Assembly (NCBI RefSeq): GCF_000143415.4
Contig: NW_003314271.1
Coordinates: forward strand, 868,001-932,000
Length of the DNA: 64,000 nt
Direction of reading: 5' to 3'
Source of the DNA: Selaginella moellendorffii
Taxonomy: Eukaryota; Plantae; Lycopodiophyta
In this document: positions 11,554 through 23,664 of the stretch, one piece after another
Numbering within the stretch: the first letter of the stretch is position 1
How the letters are laid out: every line of letters starts with the position of its first letter
Notes under the pieces: model-generated
What the model was told of the DNA's origin: nothing
The model's input: the letters and a program-made list of their open reading frames with translations, nothing else
Databases searched by the model: none
Translations under genes and position numbers: made by a program

Positions 11554-13827
11554 TTACTTACGTCTGAAGGTCTTGGTGCTACTGGTTGCAGCCCAGAGGT
11601 CGCCCCACCGGACCTTTTTCGCTTCCTTGTGAAGAACCCGGTGCTTGGCGCGTGTCACGGTGAGACGATCAAAGCTACCGGACGAGCCGTCCGGCGACGT
11701 CGAGCGGCAAACATCCAAGGTGACGTGTTTGCCTCGCCGGAATGGCTTGAAAATCACGCGGCCCCAGCCACTGCTCATGTTTGCCGCCGTCTCCTTGCAT
11801 TCGTCGTCGTCACCCTCTTGTTCTTCGATTTGGTCTTCGTTCTCGTCCTCGCGTGGTTCTTCCTCCAATTTAGTTTCGATGTCTGGCGGAAATTTCTGTT
11901 AGATTGAAAGACCAACCTGAGTTCTCACCACCTTCATCGTCGTCTCTGGTCTCTCTATCTTCGTCGTTTTCATCCTCTAAGTACTCTTCCTCTTCTTCAT
12001 CCTCGTCTTCCTCATAGTCTACAAGTAGGTCGTTTTCTACTGGCTCGTCTTTATCCAGCTGCAGCTCCACATGATCTAGTGGCCAATCCACCCTGTAAAG
12101 AGAGCAGCTGTGAGAAATGCCAAGCCAAAACTTTCAGCTCCAATAACTACCTTGGACGGTGCCCCCGGCGAAGGACCACATAACTGTACTTCTCATCTTC
12201 ATAGCCACGCAACATTGTTCGTGAGTGTTTCTGGAGAAATAATACAATAAACTAAGCAGCAAATGGATTTTCACTGGGATGGATACCTTAGCCATTCTTT
12301 GAGTGAACGTTCGTTCAAGACGCTGGACAAAGTGGCAAAATAATGTTGTGCCGTCCATTGGACAGACACCATCGTGTGGACACTGAAACAAAAAAAAATG
12401 AAAGCTCGTATCAGTAACACATGGCAACGCAAAGTCCTTACAACGTACCGGTGCAATCACATGAGCACCACCACCGGGTATTTCGACCTCTTCCTCGCTG
12501 TGTACTACAAGCTGCTCGCCTAAGTTTCTTTTACTGCCATCTTCCTCCGAGGTGCCGATCATGGGAGTGTCAGTGGAAGTTGAGCCAGTCAGGAACTTCC
12601 GCCGTCTTCGAAGTTTCTGAGATGCAAATGCTGATTAACACTGTCGGACGATACAAAAGAGATACTTGCCTTTCTTTCTAAAGCCAGGATGTGAGCCCGT
12701 ATGCCTCGAACTGTCAAAGACCCTTCTGAAGTTCCCGGTTCGACGATTACCTGCGCTAACCATTAAAAATACCGGCAAATAGAAATATTTCGCTATGCTT
12801 ACAAGAATGTCTCGAGTTAGTGCCCACAGTTGCCGGGCAGTAGTGATTTGTTCTTCAACGGTCGGGAGCTCTCCAATCGCGTGACACTACAACAATCTTG
12901 TTAGACATGCAAATACGTATCCATTTACAGAATCGCTTACGGCTATCACAATGTCGTGACCCGAGTGTCGTGTCTTTTTTGATAGGATTCGTAGGGTCTT
13001 ATGGTTGTGCATAACCGGTGGATCCTCCAAATCTAGTACCTAGCATCAGGAACATGTAAAACTGAATTCGCAACTTGTGAAAGTGTACCTTCGAGGATCT
13101 TCTTGGATGCCGCAAGCATTGAAGGAGAAGTCTCCACCATGTTCACTAGCTTGACAGTTTTCGGCCATACTTGAGACATTGCCCTGCGCAGAAAAGAAGT
13201 TTTTGGTGATTGTTCGAAAGGTAGCTCTTACCAAATGGAAGTTCCTGGTCCAGAGCCATAGTCCAAAACATTCTCTGGTTTAAAATCAGGCAGCCGCCGA
13301 GCAACCTATCGATCGAGAGAAAAAAAACACTTTTGAACATAGATCTCCAAGAAAATCATGAGACCTAGTGATACCTCGCTCAAGACAGTGTGGATGACCG
13401 AGTAGACCGCTGGCATTTTCGCAGCAACGTATGCAGCAACCTGCTTCTCATCGTACCTTGGCTTGAGTCGAGCCGCGCGATATTTCTTTGGAACTGGAGC
13501 GAAGGGTCCTTTATTTGAGAAGTAATCCTCCACAGCAGCCAGGACTTTCGCCGAGGGCTCGAAAGAAGGAGTGACGGCAATGGGCGGCTCCTCGCTCTTG
13601 CCGCTGAGCATGAGCGTGTAGTTAAAGACATGCTGCCGAATTTGGTGATTGGAGTAGTCTGGAGGGGAGAAATCGTGAGAAAATCCAAGAATGCGGCTGA
13701 TTTCCAGCGCCATACCTGCAAGATATCCCTTAATCGATTCTTGGAGAGGCTCCGGCACGCGTTTAAGGCCAACCGTCTGCTTGGCGAGCCGGCGGAGGAG
13801 CCGCGAGCGCAATATCTTGCGCACCAT
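11554..13827 (-). CDS. RSM22: Mitochondrial small-subunit assembly factor RSM22/METTL17-like methyltransferase (multi-exon; 3' end may extend to about 11440)
   Basis: Arg-rich transit peptide, AAYVAAKMPAVY, DYGSGPGT, HVIAP-CPHDGVCPM..FCHFVQRLERT, GWGRVIFKPFRRGKHVTLDVC..AKKVRWGDLW. Confidence 0.88.
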
Positions 13828-13955
13828 AGCCGAAAAACCCTAAACCCTAAACCTCCTAAACCCCTTTAATTGGACCACGTGGCGAAATAAAAGACATTGA
13901 ATCTCAACGGTCAGGATCCCTTGAAATTTGGGAAAGAAAGTTTAGGGCAGGAAGG
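13828..13955. promoter_or_regulatory. 128-bp divergent promoter with telo-boxes and G-box
   Basis: AAACCCTAAACCCTAAACC at 13835-13853 and CCACGTGG at 13875-13882, between head-to-head RSM22 and NDUFA2. Confidence 0.55.
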
Positions 13956-14367
13956 ATGGCTTGGCGCTCGGAGATCTCGCGCCGAGCTCGCGAGCTGCGA
14001 ATCCTTTTCTGCCAGACCTCTCCTGGCAGCGAGACGACCAGGTGGGCAATTTTCCAGCTCCAATCAATCGTTGCTAGAGCTAGGTTTGCAGGGATTACAT
14101 CCTCAAGAACTACAAGCAGCTCAAGACGCTCAATCCCACGCTGCCGATACTTCTCAGGGAATGTAGCGGGATCCAACCACGACTGTGGATTCGATATCGT
14201 GAGCTCTCTTATCTTCTCCCCCCCAAAAATCTGGTTTGTGCTCACACGATTTGGCACGATTTCTCTTCGCAGCTTATGGAGTGGAGCAAAGCGCCACTCT
14301 CGATGGGCTTAGTGTAGAACAGATCGATGCCAAGCTCGAAGAACTCGTGAAAGACGCTCCAGAGTGA
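13956..14367 (+). CDS. NDUFA2: NADH dehydrogenase complex I subunit B8 (NDUFA2), 3 exons
   Basis: [29 protein letters not shown]|[35 protein letters not shown]|[30 protein letters not shown]. Confidence 0.93.
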
Positions 14368-14506
14368 TTGGAAGAATGGTGAAAGACGATGGTGCGCATA
14401 TTCTCAGAATAATCTAATAAGTCGAGGGGTTCCAGCACTTGCCACAATTGGGCATTTGGGATCCTCGAGAATGCTTCTTTTCCTATTCTCTTTCTGGTAG
14501 CTTGGA

Positions 14507-16246
14507 ATGGCAAGATCATGGACGAGGCACAAGCTCTTGGATCTGGCACTGGATTGCGATGGCTTTGCCCGCGCGCTCCGAGCCTCGAGGGACGCAATCG
14601 AGGTAGCCGCCCTCCATCGCCAAATTCTCCACAGCCCACACTGCTGCGATGATAGATTCCTCGCCAATCTCGTCGTCCAGATGTATGGCAAGTGTGGCGA
14701 TGTGGAATCCGCTAGGCTCGCTTTCGATTCCATGGAGTGCCCGAATCTCTACTCGTGGGCGATCCTCCTGGGCGTCTATGCTCGCAATGCGCACCTCCGA
14801 GATGCCAAGGAAACCTTCGATCGGATGCCCCAGCGCAACGAAGTCGCGTGGAATTCCGTGCTCACTATGTTTGAGGAGCAGCGGATGATCGACCCAGTGT
14901 GCGAGATATTTGATCGGATGCCCAGCACCACGGTGGTGTCGTGGTCTTCGATTGTTCGTGCAAATGCCCAGACTGGGCATCTGGGTCCAGCCAAAGCGGT
15001 GTTTGATCGGATGCCCGAGCGGAACGTAGTGGCATGGACGGCTATGGTGTCGGAGTTCGCCTACGCCGATTCGATCGATCTAGCCAGCGAGATGTTCGAT
15101 CGAATGCCCGGATGGGATTTGATCGCTTGGACTGCCATGGTCACTGCATTTGCCGCTAATGGGCATTTGGGACAAGCATTTGATCTCTACGATAGGATGC
15201 CCGAGAGAGGAATCCCATCCCACAACGCGATGATCATTGCGTGCGCTCAAAATGGTCTCGCACGGGAGTCGCAGAAGATCTTCGACGAGATGGGCAATCG
15301 AAACATCGTGTCGTGGAACTCAATCCTCTCGGTTTGCGCGACCGAGGAGGAGCTTGGCTCGGTGGAGGCGCTCTTTCGATCCATGCCCGAGTGGAGCGTG
15401 ATCAGCTGGATCGTCCTCTTGGGAGCTTACGCGAGCGCCGGAAGGATCCCGCAAGTGGAGGAGCTCTTCCAATCCATGCCGGAGCGCGATCTCGTAGCAT
15501 GGAACGCGATGATCTCCAGCTATGGCCGCCATGGCTACGTCGAGCGATCGAAGAACACCTTCTCCAGGATGCCCGAGCATGATTTGATCTCCTGGAACTC
15601 ACTGCTCACGGCCTTCTCGGCGAACAGCCACCCGAGAGAGGCCCAGGCGGTGTTTGATTCCATGCCCGAGAGGACGACCGTGTCGTGGGCGGCGATGGTG
15701 GCGATGAGGTCCCAGCAGGGTCACCTCGATTCGGCGAGGGAGCTCTTCGATTCGATGCCGGATCGATCGCTGGCGTCCTGGAACGCGATGCTGGCGGGCT
15801 ACTCGCAGAATGGCCACTCCAAGCCGGCGATGGAGCTCTTCGCGCTCATGAATCTGGATGGATCCCAGCCCAGCGCGGCCACATTCGTAGAGATCTTGGG
15901 CGCGTGCCGCGACACAGGCAAGGCGGAGCTGAGCTACGGCTACTTCGCCTCCATGGTGGGGGATTTCTCCCTGGATCCCGTGCCCAGGCACTACTGCTGC
16001 GTCGTGGACGCGCTCGCCAAGGCTGGGCACCTCCGCGAGGCCGAGGAGATCATCAAGGGCGTGCCGGGGCTGGAGAGCGCTGGGATCGCGTGGCGGAGCC
16101 TGCTGGACGGGTGTAGAACACACCAAGATCTCCAGCGGGGGAGCGATGCCGCGAGGATGGCGATCCAGTTCGATCCAGGCGCCGGCGCCTCGTACGCGCT
16201 CGTGACGGACGTGTTGCGCTCTTCGTCTTCCTCCCAAGAACCCTAA
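14507..16246 (+). CDS. PLS-class pentatricopeptide repeat protein with E domain, no DYW; intronless
   Basis: Tandem 31-aa repeats (FDRMPERNVVAWTAMV), HYCCVVDALAKAGHLREAEE, WRSLLDGCRTH, ASYALV. Confidence 0.93.
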   Translation: MARSWTRHKLLDLALDCDGFARALRASRDAIEVAALHRQILHSPHCCDDRFLANLVVQMYGKCGDVESARLAFDSMECPNLYSWAILLGVYARNAHLRDAKETFDRMPQRNEVAWNSVLTMFEEQRMIDPVCEIFDRMPSTTVVSWSSIVRANAQTGHLGPAKAVFDRMPERNVVAWTAMVSEFAYADSIDLASEMFDRMPGWDLIAWTAMVTAFAANGHLGQAFDLYDRMPERGIPSHNAMIIACAQNGLARESQKIFDEMGNRNIVSWNSILSVCATEEELGSVEALFRSMPEWSVISWIVLLGAYASAGRIPQVEELFQSMPERDLVAWNAMISSYGRHGYVERSKNTFSRMPEHDLISWNSLLTAFSANSHPREAQAVFDSMPERTTVSWAAMVAMRSQQGHLDSARELFDSMPDRSLASWNAMLAGYSQNGHSKPAMELFALMNLDGSQPSAATFVEILGACRDTGKAELSYGYFASMVGDFSLDPVPRHYCCVVDALAKAGHLREAEEIIKGVPGLESAGIAWRSLLDGCRTHQDLQRGSDAARMAIQFDPGAGASYALVTDVLRSSSSSQEP

Positions 16247-16603
16247 ATTCCCTAGAACCTTATAGGTATATTCGAGATTATGGCGGGAAAGACAGCCAGG
16301 TCAATGCCACGTAGGTGACTGTGTACACGTGTCGTGGCCGGCAGAGGGTAGGGTTTGTGCTTGGGGATGGATTTTCTTCTCTGGTAGAATCCGTTGGCCG
16401 CGGCAGGAGAGTGGCTGGCTGCGGCGGCGGCGCTCTTGCTCGGTCGGCCATAATGCCGTGGAGAATCATCATCTCGTGACGATTAGGGCTAGAATTCTTC
16501 CAAATCCATCCGTTGTAGCGAGATGCTCGGATCGGATCCAGGGATTTGACGCATCGCGCTTTTCTTCGTCCGCCTCTTCGATTGATCGTTCCAAGCTGCG
16601 GCC

Positions 16604-18220
16604 ATGGCGGAGCACAAGATAATCTTTGTGGAGCCGCCGGCAGGCTGCGAGGAGCGGCGGCGCAGTAAGCGTATGATGGCTTGCCCGAGCGGTCACAGGT
16701 ACTGCTGCTCGGAGATCCCGGAAACCCCACGCAAGGCCGTGAGGAAGAGCCCCAAGAAGATTGGAGCCGGGTCGCCGCCGTCGCCTACCAAGATCCGGAA
16801 TTCGCCCAGATCGAGAACAGCTGGGCCGGTGACGAGGAAGATCAAGAGGAGGAACTTGGCGGAGATCTACGAGATCACACCGGCTTGTGAGCTCCCGAAA
16901 GAGGATGAAGAAGAGGATGAAGACGAGGATGACGAGGAGGATGACTATGAGGAGGTGGACGATGTCAAATGTGGGAATTGTGATCGAGGTAATGATCCAC
17001 AGAGGTTCCTACTGTGCGATGGTTGCGATCGTGGCTATCACATGTACTGTCTCTCTCCAATCCTTGTCGCGGTTCCCAAGGGTGACTGGTTTTGCCCGCA
17101 TTGCTCCAAGGATCGACAGCAAGTCAAAGGTTGGATTTATATTCTTTTGCTTTGCTTCCTTCTGATTGATCGATCCGGGGCTCGCTTCTTGCAGTGTTTC
17201 CCATGGTGCAAAGAAAGCTCATCGATTTCTTTGGGATCGAGAAGGTGGAGGAAGAACCAACCAAAGGTACCAATACAAGTCTACTTCTTTCAGCTTGGTC
17301 CAATAGTTCTTGCGCTCGACAGAAGTGAGGCGACGACGACACAGTGGCTCTCTGGTGATTTACAAGAAAAGCAGGAAGCTGCTGCCATACATGCCATCCA
17401 AGGATCCATCGCAGAGGCTGGAGCAAATGGCGTCACTGGCGTCAGCCTTGATGACTTCCGGTATTGAATTTAGCAACGAGCTCACTTATCTTCCAGGTCT
17501 AGCTCCAAGGCGTGCGAACAGAGCCGTGCTAGAGAAAGGAGGAATGCAGGTGTGGGAACGCTCCCTCGTTTCTCTGTCTCAATGATCTTCACGAGCTCTC
17601 TAACACTCCAGGTGATTGGCAAAGAAGATAAGGCCACTTACGAGCTTTGCAAGGCAATGTGCATCCGAGGCGAGCATCCTCCTCTCATGGTGACCAGAGA
17701 TCCCCGTCAAGGGTGAGTTTCTCTCTCTCTTCTAGTATAGTTCTTGGTTCTCAAGAGGCTTTTTCTTGCTTTAACTCAGGTTCGTCGTGGAAGCAAACAA
17801 CCATATAAAAGACATGACTTTGATCGCGGAGTACACCGGCGATGTAGATTTCATGTGCAACCGAGAGGACGACGAAGGCGATAGCATCATGGGACTCCTT
17901 TTCCCGGAGGACGCTTCGCAGGAGCTCGTGATCTGTCCAGACAAACGTGGAAACATTGCCAGATTCATATCCGGGATCAATAACCACACCTCGTAAGCTC
18001 TAGTTTGTGATCACAGCAAGAACTTTGAGTGCTAAACTTTCCTTCTGCTTTTTCCTGTAGCGACGGCAGAAAGAAGCAGAACTTACGTTGTATCCGCTTC
18101 GACATCGATGGTGAAGTTCACGCTCTCTTGGTTTCGATCCGGGATATCGCCAAAGGCGAGAGGCTCTACTACGACTACAATGCGTACCAGAAAGAATACC
18201 CAACGGAACACTTCGAGTAA
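16604..18220 (+). CDS. ATXR5/6: Histone H3K27 monomethyltransferase ATXR5/ATXR6-like (PHD + SET)
   Basis: [30 protein letters not shown]; [55 protein letters not shown]. Confidence 0.93.
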
Positions 18221-18609
18221 GCAAACCTTAGTACCTCCGAAAAAATTCTTTGCTCTTGTGATTTTATTATTTGCTCTTCCGGCTGGCTATCCCAAAGCGC
18301 TTGATCCAGCCCGAGATCACGAAAATCGTGGTGTTTCCAGAAGAAAGAAAAGAGACGATCGTCCATGACAACTACAAAATTATATTTCATTTGCTATGGT
18401 CCTGATCCCTCTTTAAACCGACGGTCCAGAAAAAAAGGAAGCGACGGGCAGGATAATCGAAGGGGAAAAGGGGGAGAATTATTCTGGAACCTAGGTGTGG
18501 TCTAAAGGGAATTTCTCCTTCGCGGAGTGGTCCAGAAGATCCGCGGAGCTTTTGGTCGTCATTCTCGGCGCGCGATAGAGGATCGAGGCTGATCCTGATC
18601 TCCGGCGCG

Positions 18610-19919
18610 ATGGGGGCGTCGTTGATCCAGGTGAGTGTTCTTTAACTTCTAGAGCTGGATCGAGCGATCGATCGATGAAATTTTCGGCACATTGCCGCAG
18701 GGATTCCTTAAGTCAACGGCCATGACCATAGTCTCGGAGATCGGGGACAAGACGTTCTTCGTGGCCGCGGTATGGAGATTTCTTTCCATTGCGTGGCAGT
18801 TTTAATTCTTTGGTTTTTTCTTTCCTTTTGTTCTATCAGTTGATGGCTATGAGGCATCCTCGCGGTGTAGTTCTAACTGGAGCGCTCTTAGCTCTTGTGG
18901 TGAGTCGAGCAAAAGAAAATTTCTAGTCTTGGAGATCTGAGCAAAAGTTTTTCGAGCTCGTTTTGGAGGATTTGGATTCTAAAACTTTGTTTTCCCTTCG
19001 TGCTGCCAGGTGATGACTATTTTTTCTGCAGTGTTTGGCTGGGCAGCGCCAAATCTTGTAAGAACAAACAGTGTGTGACTTTGTTTGTCTAAGTTTTGCG
19101 TTGTCTTCTTCTTTGCAGATATCTCGCAAGCTGACACACAACGGTGCCACGTTTCTCTTCTTTGTTTTCGGCCTCCGGTCGCTATGGGATGCAATCTCCA
19201 ATGAGGAAGGGTAGGCGATCGCTCGCTTCTGGTTGGTTTTTCACCGTTTGTTCTTCAGGGAGTCCGAGCTCGCGGAAGTCGAAGCAAAGCTTGTAAGATA
19301 AATCGAGTGATCTCGACGATGGTTTTTCTGATCTTGTATGTCTACTGTCTCAGGGGAGGACTGACGATATAAAGAAGAAAAAGAAGCAACAAACGAGCGT
19401 TTTTTTGTCCCCCGTTCTCATCGAGGTGAATTCGCCCTGCTCATTTCTCTCCGATCGCTCATACATTTTGCAAACTCCAGGCTTTTTCGTTAACTTTCCT
19501 TGGTGAATGGGGCGACCGGAGTCAGGTAACGAGCAATCGATCTTTCTTACTCGATCACTCAAAACTTCCATGCTTGTAGATAGCTACGATAGGATTGGCT
19601 GCCCAGGAGAACGTAGTGGGAGTAGCAGTCGGTGGCTTCCTGTAAGTCGAATTCTTGGCGAAAACTTTGAGATCTTGCTGACAAAAATTCCTTCTTTTGT
19701 TTCTCTCTTCTCGTAGGGGCCATGCCTTGTGCACGAGTGCTGCTGTTTGGGGAGGGAGGCATCTAGCTTCAAGCATCTCCGAAAGATCGGTACGTATCAA
19801 AGCTTTTCCTTTCCTTTTCTTATGATTTCTTTGTGGATATTTAGGTTGCGCTTTGTGGTGGCATTTTGTTCTTGCTATTCGGAGCGCATTCCTTGTTTAA
19901 CGGTTTCCAAGTGGCTTGA
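18610..19919 (+). CDS. GDT1/TMEM165 (UPF0016) Ca2+/Mn2+ transporter, about 11 small exons
   Basis: Both family motifs are reconstructed across introns, SEIGDKTFF and GEWGDRSQ-IATI, plus LMAMRHPR and GHALCTSAAVWGG. Confidence 0.9.
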
Positions 19920-20054
19920 ACGTATTAAGTTCTTCAAGCCTACGTAACTATACTCGTGAACTCTGGCTACGGAAGTTCATTCTCTAAAAGTTCTTTATAC
20001 AAACTTCGATTGGCTTCGAAGAAGAAAACATCTTTGCTCTTACTAGAAATTTCA

Positions 20055-20306
20055 ATACATATATTGTCAAACTCCAACATGAGCTTGTTTTAATAGTAAA
20101 CTTTACAATCTCTGTTCGGCTATTTAATCAAATCCTTGCTCCAGTTCCAGACTTTCACAGCACCTTGCTTGTCACCCGAGCCAGCAGCACCTTTCTTGTT
20201 GCCCGAGAAGACTAGATTGTTACCGGCAGCCGCAGAGGAAAGGCTGATAACTTCTGCGCTCCAGAACAAGTAGGATGGAAGCCCGTAAACCTTCACTGTT
20301 TAGTCA
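20055..20306 (-). pseudogene. Duplicated 3' end (last ~60 codons plus 3' UTR) of the CCCH-WD40 gene
   Basis: Direct copy of about 21850-22087 (aatcaaatccttgctcca..gactagattgtt..cccgtaaaccttcactgtt) with indels. Confidence 0.85.
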
Positions 20307-21499
20307 ATGAGTGTAGTTACGAAGAACATAACTATTTTGTTGTATATAACTGTTAACTTGCTATTTTTGTTTTTATCACACATACTCAAGAAAAAAGTGA
20401 ATATATCAAATGGATTAATGGCTGTATATTTACTACTTGTAATAAAAATAAAAGTAGTGAGTTAAAAGTAAAATTTTGGAAAACATTCAAACTCTTAAAA
20501 ATAAATTGATTAATGATAGTTTGATGTTTATTGTTTTTGATTATTTTAATATATTTTAGTTTTTAGGAGTTTGAATGTTTTTTGTTTTTTTTTTTTAAAG
20601 TCAAATTCAACTTAAAAATGAACTTTTTGCATTGTTACACAAGTTATGTATATAAGTAAAGAAGGCAATAATAGAATAAAAACTTTAAAGGAAATATAAT
20701 TTATAGTATTCAAGATTTAGATGATAAATCAACGTAAACACTATCATATTATCATTTTTGCCATAAAATAAAACCAAATAGATGTCTAAAGTATGTGCAA
20801 CTATTTTTCCCCTTTACTTTCTATATAGTGTCATAATGTAAATATTTTAATAAAGTAGATTTAATTTTATTAGGATAATTTTATCATTTAATATTTTTAT
20901 TTATATTTAATAAAAAATTTACAAAAATTATATTTATTTGTAGTTATTAACAGAAATAGTTACATTATAAAGTTACTTAAATTTTACTTAAAAAACTTCT
21001 ATATAATTTACATTGCCTTTATAGTTTGTAATATAGTTCTTTAGTTTTTTCCATATCATTTACATCATAATTTCAATTATAGTTCCAACAAAATTACTTG
21101 TTATAGAAGTAACATCAAACCCCTTTAAGTAGTGTGGTTAATTTTAAAATCTAAAATTTGCAAAAAAAAGCTAAAGACATTACAACTTAAATACTATTAA
21201 AAAGGTTAGTTGTCAAGTGTGATGCCACCAGGGAGGTCAGTTGTTGAGAGTGATACTGCTGGGATAATGGATATTTTTGATTCACTTTTAAAGAAAGAAC
21301 AAAACAAAAAGTTATAGTTTGTGATTAAAAAAAAAGTAATATGTTAAAATAAAAACTTAAAAAACATTCACATTTTTAAAAATAAATAAAGTTATGACAT
21401 TTATATTTTATTATTATTTTAATTTGTAAAAACATTTAGGGTATTATATATCTATAAACTTGGAATAATAAAAAAGTTCACATTTATATATAATTTGCT

Positions 21500-21780
21500 C
21501 CACATTGCATGTAGTAATGCTTAGTTTGCTTAATAGTAGTGTTATTCATATTTATTAATTTAATTAATTTAATTAATTTAATGGAAATTTAAATACTTTT
21601 CTAATGGTTGATATTCAATAAGCTTAATTTTGTGTTTATAAATTATAAATATGTTTATACATTATAAGTACAAAATTAATCTAAATAAATATTCTAGAAT
21701 ATTCAAATATATTTTAAGTATATTCACTACCCTTGAATCATATGAAAATAATTTAACTGAGTAAAACAATAAAAACTAAT
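21500..21780. repeat. AT-rich dispersed repeat, also at about 28170-28470
   Basis: Shared blocks ttgcatgtag..tt(a/g)gtttgcttaatagtagtg, ttaatctaaata and agtatattcactacc in the same order. Confidence 0.6.
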
Positions 21781-21913
21781 TTACATATTGCTTGAACTTA
21801 AAACAGCCACTTGGTTTAAATAGACAAAAAACCATCTTTACTCTTAATACATATTTTGTCAAACGCTCCAATGCACGCTTGTTTGCCTAGTAAACTTTAC
21901 AATCGCTGGTGAG

Positions 21914-23475
21914 CTACTTAATCAAATCCTTGCTCCACTTCCAGACTTTCACAGCGCCTTGCTTGTCGCCCGAGAAGACTAGATTGTTGCCAGCAGCCGC
22001 AGAGGAAAGGCTGATGACTTCCGCGCTTGAGAACAAGGCGCCTCTTTCCTCGAACGATGGTAGCCCGTAAACCTTCACTGTTGAGTCGCGGTACGAGCAA
22101 ACGAGCACGGGCTTGCCATCGCTATCGACGCTCCCACACATCCCTGTTACTCCGCTTCGTCCCACAATCTCCTCCTCTCCTTCCGGAAACGTGAAGTAGT
22201 TCTCCAAAGTTCCAGCCGGAGTCGCGGCCCACACCTTGATGAAGCTATCGAGCGAGCAAGACAGGAGGAAGGACTCCCAACACAGCAGGCCCGTTAGCTC
22301 GCCAGCGTGAGCCTTGACGATGGTTGCACAGCTCTTCCCAGTCTCGGCCTCGCAAACTCTGATGGATCCGTCCCTGGAGCCCGAGTAGACGCGACCTCCA
22401 GCCACAGTGAGTGCCGTGACAGCGCTGGGATGTTTGCTCAACGTCCCTGTAGATTTGAGCTCTCCACTGCCAAACTCCCACGCGCAAACTTCTCCCGAGC
22501 CAAGCCCCGCCACCAGCAAGCCTTTGCCAACTGCTAGAGCGTTCACGTTTCCCGGTGCTCGAGCTTGTAGTGTCTGCTGCGAGAACTTGACGTTCCAGGC
22601 CAGGACTTCGTGGCCAGCACCGGCGAAAATCCAGCCAAAACCACTGGCCAGTGCCTCCACCGGGCCCTCTAGCCTCAGAGTATCTGACACGGTCCCCGAG
22701 TTGCAATCCCAGGCCCTGAGAGTTCCATCGGTAGCACCAGTAAAGAGCACTGCCGAGTCTGGAACCATAGCTATTCCCGTGATGCTCTCCTTGTGCTCTT
22801 TGAGCGTGGTGAGGAGCGCCAATCCGGTGACGGTGGTAGCAGCGTGGAGGAACTTACACCTCTCCCCATATCTACACGACCCCTCCAGCCAATACGCACA
22901 AGCCCTTTGGGTGTGAGGAGAAGGCGAAGTTCCTGGTTTCCTTGCCGGCTTCTTTGATCCCAATATCAGTGCCTCTGTCGACGAAGATCTCTTGAGCTTT
23001 GGAGGCGGTGGAAGAGCTGCTGGATCGACGATGATCTTCTGTGCATTGTTTTCCGAGTGTTAGCGACCATATGCCTAGCTGTGAAAACCTTTTGCGCAAC
23101 ACACACTACCTTGCTCTTGATGATCTCGGGCCCCTTCGTTTGATCAAACCCAATGACCCTCGCCTTGTCTGCCAGACCCTCTTTGATCCATGTGTTCTTC
23201 TTCAACACGGGGCGGCTGCCGCTGGCGCTGCTACTGGGATCCGCGGCGGCGACACTCCGCTTCCTGCTAGGCCTCTCCAGCGGGAGAGGAGCACTCTCCC
23301 CGGAATCAGCTTCACCGTGCACGAATCCACAGCCAGCACCCTTGCTACATCGCCCCTGTTGCCAGAATTTACATACCCTGGGGATCTGGCCGGTGAAATC
23401 GAGGCGATCGCTCATGGGTCGCCTGGAAATCGCCCTCTTCGTTGCCTCTGGATGAAGAACCTCGCTCAGCGCCAT
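21914..23475 (-). CDS. Zinc-finger CCCH + WD40 protein (ZFWD-like), one intron at about 23110-23039
   Basis: Two CCCH fingers (CKFWQQGRCSKGAGCGFVH; CAYWLEGSCRYGERCKFLH) and a WD40 propeller. A GT..AG intron joins the two ORFs in frame (..IIKSK|KIIVDP..LILGSKKP). Confidence 0.9.
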
Positions 23476-23664
23476 CGACTTGCCCTAAATGAATGAGCCC
23501 TAATTTCAAACTGGAAGTAGTAGAAATAAAGGTTTAAAGGAAAGTTTAGGGTTCTTTAGGGGTTTTAAGAATATTTAGGGTTCTTGCGATGGAGCCTCGA
23601 TCGATCGCGGTAAGGAGCTGCCAATGCTGGTGATTTTTCACTGCGAGGGCCGCGGAGTGGTCTA

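Noticed and set aside
13835-13865. AAACCCT repeats as an interstitial telomere
   Set aside because: Only 2-3 units in a promoter position, so an ordinary telo-box.
22872-23110. Apparent frameshift or two separate genes at the CCCH-WD40 locus
   Set aside because: A GT-AG intron joins the frames.
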